Source: a candidate division WOR-3 bacterium
Lineage (GTDB): Bacteria > Hydrothermota > UBA3073
NCBI GenBank assembly: GCA_030606335.1
Contig: JAUWGP010000001.1
Span: forward strand, 30,792 to 94,791
Length of the DNA: 64,000 nt
Direction: 5' to 3'
The position numbers were made by a program, and so were the translations under genes. Positions 57,218 through 64,000 of the stretch are shown here, one piece after another; position 1 is the stretch's first letter, and each line of letters opens with the position of its first letter. The notes below the pieces were generated by a model that saw only the letters and a list, made by a program, of their open reading frames with translations, was not told the DNA's origin and did not search any database.

Positions 57218-58525
57218 ATGAGTAAGAAAACAACACATAAAATAATCATAGGTGACACGAGATGTATGAAAGAGGTTCAAGATGAATCCGTTCATCTTAT
57301 TATTACCTCTCCCCCATATTGGCAGCTGAAAGATTACGGAAACGGAAAACAAATAGGCTTTAATGACACTTATGAAGAGTATATTAACAATCTTAATTTA
57401 GTTTGGAATGAATGCCATCGAGTTTTACACAAGGGTTGTCGTATGTGTATAAATATAGGTGACCAATTTGCCCGTTCTGTATATTATGGAAGGTATAAAA
57501 TTATTCCAATAAGAACAGAGATAATTAAATTTTGCGAGAATATTGGTTTTGACTATATGGGCGCTATTATCTGGCAGAAAGTAACTACCTGTCATACAAC
57601 TGGTGGTGCTACAGTAATGGGTTCATTTCCTTATCCAAGAAATGGAATCCTTAAATTAGATTACGAATTCATTCTTATTTTCAAAAAACACGGAAAACAT
57701 CCAAGAGTATCAAAAGAGATTAAGGATCAGTCAAGATTATCAAAGGAAGAATGGAATCAATATTTTACCGGGCATTGGAATTTTTCCGGTGAAAAGCAAG
57801 ATAAACATCTGGCGATGTTTCCTGAGGAATTACCAAGACGGCTTATCAGGATGTTTAGTTTTGTTAATGATACGGTACTCGATCCATTTCTTGGAAGTGG
57901 GACAACAACTTTAGCAGCCAAAAACCTGAAGAGAAACTCCATTGGCTATGAAATAAACGAGGACTTTTTACCAGTTATAAACGAGAAATTAGGATTAAAG
58001 AAAAGAACATTTTTTCAAAATGCAAACTTTGAGATAGTTAAACAGGATAAACTAAAGATAAATTTTGAAAAAGAAATTAAAAAATTTTCTTACGTTTTTA
58101 GGGACCCTCTGAAGTTTGATAAAAAAATAGACCCAAAAAAACTAAAGTTCGGTTCAAAAATAGATAATTCTAATTCCGAAAGAGAAAAATATTATACTGT
58201 AGAAAAAATAATCTCTCCAGAAATATTAGTTTTAAACAATGAAATCAAAATAAGGTTGTTGGGAGTAAAAGAGAGACTGGATAAAAATGGAGAAGCTATT
58301 CAATTTTTAAGAGAAAAAACCCGTGGTCAAAAGGTATTCATTAAATTTGATACTGTAAAATATGATGATAAAAACAACCTATTATGTTATCTATATTTAA
58401 GAAATAAAACATTTATAAATGCTCATTTAATAAAAAATAAGTTAGTTGATGTTGACAAAAAATTAGATTATAAAATGAAAAAAAAGTTTACTACCCTATT
58501 TACTCAATCAGAAGAGAATAAATGA
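57218..58525 (+). CDS. N4-cytosine-type DNA methyltransferase with C-terminal SNase/thermonuclease-like domain
   Basis: ITSPPY, HLAMFP, DPFLGSGTT; C-terminal IRLLGV..LLCYLYL..FINAHLIK SNase-like pattern. Confidence 0.9.
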   Translation: MSKKTTHKIIIGDTRCMKEVQDESVHLIITSPPYWQLKDYGNGKQIGFNDTYEEYINNLNLVWNECHRVLHKGCRMCINIGDQFARSVYYGRYKIIPIRTEIIKFCENIGFDYMGAIIWQKVTTCHTTGGATVMGSFPYPRNGILKLDYEFILIFKKHGKHPRVSKEIKDQSRLSKEEWNQYFTGHWNFSGEKQDKHLAMFPEELPRRLIRMFSFVNDTVLDPFLGSGTTTLAAKNLKRNSIGYEINEDFLPVINEKLGLKKRTFFQNANFEIVKQDKLKINFEKEIKKFSYVFRDPLKFDKKIDPKKLKFGSKIDNSNSEREKYYTVEKIISPEILVLNNEIKIRLLGVKERLDKNGEAIQFLREKTRGQKVFIKFDTVKYDDKNNLLCYLYLRNKTFINAHLIKNKLVDVDKKLDYKMKKKFTTLFTQSEENK

Positions 58526-59103
58526 AAATAAAACTCACTAATAACGAGATTAGAAGATATTTAGATATTGAACCTCAAGAGTTTCCTAAATATACAACCC
58601 AACTTCTAAATTTAGCGAATCAAAACGCTCAAGGAACAAGACCTAAAATTGTCGGTCAGATGAGCGAGCTTATCCAGCATTTTACTGGTAAGACCTTGCC
58701 TGAATGGGAAGAGTGGTACCTGAAAGAAAAACCTGATGCTATAAGGAATGCAACCGAAAAAATACTACAAATGTTAAATAATCTAAAGAATGCAATAGAG
58801 AAGATTGATAGTAAGATGGTTGAAGAATGGGTAAGGGATTTGGTAATAGTCAAGACATTTATGGGCTTGAGATTCCAAGAAGCAATTTTAAAGAAGTGTG
58901 CTGAAACGAAAGGTGTTAATTATCGTCTATCTGATTTCACGGAAGAATCAAAGGGTATTGATGGTTATATTGGGAATATTCCTGTTTCAATAAAACCAGA
59001 GACTTATAAAATCAAGGCTGCACTTCGAGAAGATATAGCAGTTAAGATAATATATTATAAGAAGATTAAGAATGGAATTGAGATTGACTTTTCAGAATTA
59101 TAA
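58522..59103 (+). CDS. MjaI-family type II restriction endonuclease
   Basis: FPKYTTQLLNLANQNAQGTRPKIVGQMSELI, ESKGIDGYI..SIKP; overlaps MTase stop. Confidence 0.85.
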   Translation: MKIKLTNNEIRRYLDIEPQEFPKYTTQLLNLANQNAQGTRPKIVGQMSELIQHFTGKTLPEWEEWYLKEKPDAIRNATEKILQMLNNLKNAIEKIDSKMVEEWVRDLVIVKTFMGLRFQEAILKKCAETKGVNYRLSDFTEESKGIDGYIGNIPVSIKPETYKIKAALREDIAVKIIYYKKIKNGIEIDFSEL

Positions 59104-59160
59104 ATCTGTTCTCCTTATACTACAAAGACAGATTACAAATGCTCTCAAAAAAGGAGTAAA

Positions 59161-59352
59161 ATGAATAAAGATTTTAGATGTTATATGGGATGGCGCGAAA
59201 AACCATTAGGGACAGGAGAGGCTGCTATAATTATAATTCCATTAGAAGAAAGCGAGTTGACTAACGAGCAATTAAGCAAATTATTAAAACTATTTAGAGT
59301 TACAACATTTAGTGAAGAAACAATTGATTTCACAATTCAAGAACTAGATTAG
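59161..59352 (+). CDS. Small hypothetical protein
   Basis: AAGGAG RBS and ATG; no recognisable motif. Confidence 0.45.
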   Translation: MNKDFRCYMGWREKPLGTGEAAIIIIPLEESELTNEQLSKLLKLFRVTTFSEETIDFTIQELD

Positions 59353-59617
59353 TGATTAAATAGGATATAAAATAATAGGATAATGTTGATTAACGTTAGT
59401 TCTCAATTAGTCATTATAATTCGAAAAGTTATTGATCGGAAAATAATTCTAATATATTAATACTATTAATATACTGTACACTTTATCCATAAAGACTACA
59501 TAAGTAAGCTAAAAGACAACTTTTCCTATTTTATCACATATAGTAATTAAATACAATAATTATTTCTTCCTTTTTTATAATATAAATATTATATGAAATC
59601 AAACAAGGAGGTTTTAA

Positions 59618-60574
59618 ATGCATAGAGAATTTAGAAAATTATTAGAAAAAGCCACAGGTTCTTCAGAATTTGTTATAGCAGTTAATATAGATATTAGAGG
59701 TTTCTCATCATTTAGTAAAATTGTTGAATCTACTGAAGTAGCAATGTATATCAAAAGAGTCTATATGAAACTTATTGATGAATATTTTTTGAACGCCTCC
59801 TTTTTTAAGCCCACTGGTGATGGACTTCTTATAATGATATCTTATACGGAAGAAAGTTTAAATGAAATTCTAATAAATACTATAGAAACTTGTTTAAAGG
59901 TATTGGTAGATTTCAGTTCTTTTTGTGTCAACGATCCTATGATAAATTTCGATGTTCCAGGAAAGATTGGTATTGGATTATCACGAGGAAGTGTATGCCG
60001 TCTTTGCTCAGAAGATACAATATTGGACTACTCTGGAAAAGTTCTAAATCTTGCCTCTCGACTTATGGATTTAGCTAGACCGAGTGGAATTGTATTTGAT
60101 GATAATTTTGGTATAGATCTTTTTCCAGACGAATTAATAAATTTATTTACAAAGGAAAGTGTGTATTTAAAGGGTATAGCGGAACGGGAGTCAATCGATA
60201 TATACTATACCAAAGATTATACACGTATATCCCTACTAAGTAAGCAACCCATTGAAGAGATAAAATGGAAGACAGTGAAAGATACAAAAACATTGAAGCA
60301 AATTAAAGAGTCTATACGCTACGCTTATGATCTACCTGGTAAACCTCTGAATCCAGACCAAATTAAAGTTAAAATAATTCAACCTAAGGTATTAAAAGGT
60401 AAAAAACGAAAAGAAGTATTAACAATGTTTAATTTCTCCAATTTTGAATATTATTTAGAAGCAGATAAACCGCAAGTAATCATTGAATTTAATGCTTTAG
60501 CAAAGCGATTAGAAATAGATAAAATTAAGGATAACTGGAATATCGATATTGAAATCATATATCCTGAGAGATAA
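59618..60574 (+). CDS. Class III nucleotidyl (adenylate/guanylate) cyclase domain protein with unknown C-terminal domain
   Basis: DIRGFS, KPTGDG, GIGLSRG, DYSGKVLNLASRL; AAGGAGG RBS. Confidence 0.85.
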   Translation: MHREFRKLLEKATGSSEFVIAVNIDIRGFSSFSKIVESTEVAMYIKRVYMKLIDEYFLNASFFKPTGDGLLIMISYTEESLNEILINTIETCLKVLVDFSSFCVNDPMINFDVPGKIGIGLSRGSVCRLCSEDTILDYSGKVLNLASRLMDLARPSGIVFDDNFGIDLFPDELINLFTKESVYLKGIAERESIDIYYTKDYTRISLLSKQPIEEIKWKTVKDTKTLKQIKESIRYAYDLPGKPLNPDQIKVKIIQPKVLKGKKRKEVLTMFNFSNFEYYLEADKPQVIIEFNALAKRLEIDKIKDNWNIDIEIIYPER

Positions 60575-60648
60575 TTTTGACTTTGACAAACACATATTAA
60601 AAACTATAGTCCCTACAAAAATCTAACAAACAACTAAAAAGTATCCAC

Positions 60649-60716
60649 TCATAACACTTTCTGATTTTTAGGTCATACAATCCATATGGATTGTCAAAAT
60701 TAAGATTTTGTTATAT
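60649..60716 (+). other. attC-like imperfect hairpin
   Basis: CATAAC..TCTGATTTT..(ACAATCCATATGGATTGT)..AAAATTAAGA..GTTATAT, ~68 bp. Confidence 0.35.
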
Positions 60717-60886
60717 AACTATATCCTAAGGATTCGTATGGGTAACACAAATTGACTTCGCACAGTAAATTATCTTCATACCTTTTAATTATTATCTGCG
60801 CGCCTGCATTTCATTAATTTCTGCTTTTAACATGAATCCGCAAATATTCAAGCCTATAATACTGCATTGATGGAGGGACAAGTATT

Positions 60887-61876
60887 TTGACAACGCTTGA
60901 GAAACAACTTGAGATTAATAAAGAAAAATTTAAGCTGTTATCACCCAAGGAGTATTCTGAATCAACTAAACGGTGTATAGTTAGGTTGGGCAGTTCATAT
61001 AGGGCTTTGGGACTTTGGAAAGACGCACTACGCATTTTCGATATTGGGTATTCACTCAGTCAAGAGGCAAATAATGAGGAAGGAAAATCTGAATTCCTAA
61101 TTTGGAAATCGAATGTTTATTATCATATGGGTCATTATAGGAGATCAATCGAGTTTGCTGCTAAAGCTATAGGTTTAGGAATTTCCGACTCGACCAGAGT
61201 TAGATACATTTCATATTATCTTGCCAATCCCTATCTCATGTTGGGTGATATTGAAAGATATATTTCCCTACAGGAGAAAGCAATCGAAATCTCTAAAAAA
61301 CTATCCGACAAAATAGACAAAGAGTATATACCATGGCTATTGAGCTATTTAGCACAAGGATACGACATAGTAGGTGATTACGCGAAAGCTAACAAGATTA
61401 TATTAGAACAAGTAGATAAATTCAGAAATTTACATCAGGAATATGGGCTACCCTTAAGCCTGTTAATATTAGGAAAAAACTTGCTTCATCTTAATGAATT
61501 TAAAAAAGCAAAGAAAGCACTGAAAGAATCCTTTGAGTTTTATAAGAAAACCAAACAAGAAGGTTTTGTAGTTGATATTTTAGTAGAATTGAGCAAGCAT
61601 AGTCTTAATATAGATAATTTAGAGGAAGCGAAACTTTATATCAACAGAGCAATTGCTGAAGCAAGAAAAGGTCCTAGAGAAACAGAAGGACTTGCAGACA
61701 AACGACATCTTAACCAAGCACTCATACAGTGTGCAAAAGTTTACTTATATAGCAAGGAGATCGAGAAATCGTTTGCCTTTTACGAAGAGGCTTTAGATCT
61801 AGCAGTAGGGTCAAGTAGAAAATCCATGATTATTGAGCTTTTGAAAATAAAAGAGAATTTGATGAGTGGTGGGTAG
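60887..61876 (+). CDS. Tetratricopeptide-repeat protein
   Basis: Repeated LGxxYxxLGxxxxA / LAxxY helical-pair pattern; GGAGG RBS before TTG. Confidence 0.8.
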   Translation: MTTLEKQLEINKEKFKLLSPKEYSESTKRCIVRLGSSYRALGLWKDALRIFDIGYSLSQEANNEEGKSEFLIWKSNVYYHMGHYRRSIEFAAKAIGLGISDSTRVRYISYYLANPYLMLGDIERYISLQEKAIEISKKLSDKIDKEYIPWLLSYLAQGYDIVGDYAKANKIILEQVDKFRNLHQEYGLPLSLLILGKNLLHLNEFKKAKKALKESFEFYKKTKQEGFVVDILVELSKHSLNIDNLEEAKLYINRAIAEARKGPRETEGLADKRHLNQALIQCAKVYLYSKEIEKSFAFYEEALDLAVGSSRKSMIIELLKIKENLMSGG

Positions 61877-62065
61877 GCAGCTTCATCTGACAGAATTTTT
61901 AAGACACTTTGCTAAAACCCAGCCTTCTATAATTTAAGTATTGGCGCTGATTATGAAGATAACATGCTTAGAAGTTGGGACTTCGTAAACACAAAACATT
62001 ATACGTAACCAGCTTCGTGACGAGAAATATAGGAACTTAATTATCATTCAAGGAGGTGTAAAAAT

Positions 62066-62266
62066 ATGAGCTTTAAAACCTGGGCAGATTCCAAAGTGAA
62101 AAGGTTCAGCTGGATTGATCTGAAGCTTGTACAAATTAGCGCTATTTGTTGTTCTTTAATGATAGCAAAACTTTGGAAACCTTTGCTTCGTTTAGATTGG
62201 TATTGGTATGCTGTAATTGCCGTATTAGCGGGAATAAAACCAGTATATAATGCACTTAGAAAATAG
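62066..62266 (+). CDS. Small membrane protein, two TM helices
   Basis: AGGAGG RBS; hydrophobic segments with WYWY. Confidence 0.7.
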   Translation: MSFKTWADSKVKRFSWIDLKLVQISAICCSLMIAKLWKPLLRLDWYWYAVIAVLAGIKPVYNALRK

Positions 62267-62363
62267 GCATCACTTTGCCAACTACGCTCACTTTGTTCGC
62301 TGCGCATAATATATATTTACCTATCGTCTGCCTCGCCTTGGCGGGGGCAAATAGGGGGTCTCT

Positions 62364-63995
62364 ATGTTCAAAAAGTCCTTTCTTGTTATAAGTATTACCC
62401 TTATCGGGTGCATGTCGTTTCACGCCAAATGTTATGGGAATGAATTAGACGATCCAGTTGAAATTGCTATTATGACTACTGCTGATATTCAGAGCTGTAT
62501 CATACCCTATACAGTCGTTATTGAAGGTGATACCCTAACTGTCGGTGGTCTTGAAAGAATTGCTACAGCCTCAAATCAAATAAGGTCAGAGGTTGATGGT
62601 TCACTACTCCTCTCATCTGGGGACGACTTGATTGGACCTCTGTTTTCACTCCTTAGCGGCGAACCGGAGATTCGAGGTATGAGTATGGCGGGCTATGATG
62701 TCGTTACACCCGGTAATCATGAGTTTGATAGAGGTGTTGAGGTTTACAAAAATGCTATCAGTTTTTCAAATTTCGATATAGTATCAGCAAATCTAATCAT
62801 TGATGACCAGGAACTCGATTCCAGGATTCATCCCTATGTAATAAAAGATGTTGCTGATTTGAAGGTCGGTATATTCGGTATGATGACCCCAGAGTTATTA
62901 AAGGTCTGTAACATACCTGGAGGTGGTGCAGCAGTAAACCAGGACATAGTCAAAGTCGCCAATAATATCGTCAATGAACTTAAAAGAGCTGATTGCGACA
63001 TCATAATCGGTGTTACACACGTTGGAGTAACCTTTGATAGAGAACTTGCACAAGAGGTGGATGATATTGATATAATCGTTGGTGGTCATGACCATGAATA
63101 CATTTATGAAACTGCTAGAAGTACCATAATCGTTCAAGATGGCTCAAGGGCTAAATATCTTGGTGTGCTGAAGTTCACTTACAATAAAGGTGAAATCCAG
63201 AATCCAATATGGCAAAAGGTCTTACTCGATTCAACTGTTGGTTATGACCCTGTAATAAAAGACCTGATGGCACAATACATGAAGATTTATAACGACAGCC
63301 TTGGCATGGTAATTGGTGAATCAACTATCGAAATGGATGCTTGTAGAGGTGTAAACCGCAGCCGTGAAACGAACCTTGGTAATATGATAGCCGATTCATG
63401 GCTTAACTGGTTTACAGATGCTGATGTGGCTTTAGTTAATGCCGGAGCGATTCGTGGTGATCAAATTTATCCTGCTGGTTCGATTACATACCTAACTGTG
63501 AATGAGATACTTCCATTCAGAAACGAGGTTTACATGGTTCAAGTGACCGGTGCTGAACTGAAACAGGTGTTTGAGGTATCCGCATCTGTATTGAGAGTTT
63601 CTGACGACGGATGCCCTGATACATGCAGAGCCTCAGATGGAGGATTTTTACAGATTGGTGGTGCGAGAATAACCATCGATACGACTCAAGCTCCTTTCTG
63701 TGCTGTATATTCAGGTCGGGATGTCTCTGAAGTAATCAATGTAGGTTCAAGAATTGCAAGCATCGAGGTTTATCAAAATGATTCATGGGTTTCCCTTGAC
63801 ACATCCACCACCTATACAATACTAACAAACAGCTGGATGGCAATAGGGGGAGATGGACATTACATTTTCAGAAGTGAAGACATTCAAAAGAAGAATACAA
63901 CCCTTATCACGACCGACCTTTTAACGAGCTATATACAGAGTCATACTCCTGTAGCCCCACAAGTAGAAAGTCGTATAAAGTTCTTAGTCAAGTGA
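62364..63995 (+). CDS. Secreted bifunctional metallophosphatase / 5'-nucleotidase
   Basis: Signal peptide; SGDD, GNHEFD, GGHDH; C-domain ETNLGNMIAD, NAGAIR, ILPFRN, GGDG. Confidence 0.92.
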   Translation: MFKKSFLVISITLIGCMSFHAKCYGNELDDPVEIAIMTTADIQSCIIPYTVVIEGDTLTVGGLERIATASNQIRSEVDGSLLLSSGDDLIGPLFSLLSGEPEIRGMSMAGYDVVTPGNHEFDRGVEVYKNAISFSNFDIVSANLIIDDQELDSRIHPYVIKDVADLKVGIFGMMTPELLKVCNIPGGGAAVNQDIVKVANNIVNELKRADCDIIIGVTHVGVTFDRELAQEVDDIDIIVGGHDHEYIYETARSTIIVQDGSRAKYLGVLKFTYNKGEIQNPIWQKVLLDSTVGYDPVIKDLMAQYMKIYNDSLGMVIGESTIEMDACRGVNRSRETNLGNMIADSWLNWFTDADVALVNAGAIRGDQIYPAGSITYLTVNEILPFRNEVYMVQVTGAELKQVFEVSASVLRVSDDGCPDTCRASDGGFLQIGGARITIDTTQAPFCAVYSGRDVSEVINVGSRIASIEVYQNDSWVSLDTSTTYTILTNSWMAIGGDGHYIFRSEDIQKKNTTLITTDLLTSYIQSHTPVAPQVESRIKFLVK

Positions 63996-64000
63996 ATATA

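Noticed and set aside
59618-60574. Canonical Pycsar system
   Set aside because: No adjacent cNMP-binding PycTM/PycTIR effector and specificity residues look purine-type

Overview
AT-rich chromosomal window from an anaerobic diderm bacterium. T9SS-type C-terminal domains, three PorV/PorQ-like barrels and carboxypeptidase-regulatory-domain TonB receptors suggest the FCB superphylum, possibly WOR-3 (inference only). Housekeeping genes include hutI, hutH, an nrdG-like activase, tonB, obgE, rfaE2, rnfC/rnfD, DUF721, mgtE, tRNA-Asp, a GT9, topA, thiD, moxR, rpsG, a lolD-like ATPase, tpiA, secG, rplU, rpmA and fusA. Two parallel minus-strand modules run TonB-dependent receptor -> ~1000-aa protein with an atypical sorting-like C-terminus -> PorV-like barrel -> T9SS type-A cargo (1-12065 and 25607-34490). 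Three plus-strand accessory patches carry (i) Fic plus MNT/HEPN, (ii) a wHTH-TM protein, an MTase-Mrr fusion and DUF5677, and (iii) an MTase-SNase fusion, an MjaI-like REase, a class III cyclase and a TPR protein, with integron-cassette-like boundaries. Many intergenic gaps hold short-period inverted repeats like those flanking the four-helix-bundle and GxxExxY genes, plus REP-like palindromes and nested mini-palindromes. No CRISPR array, integrase, transposase or reverse transcriptase was seen.
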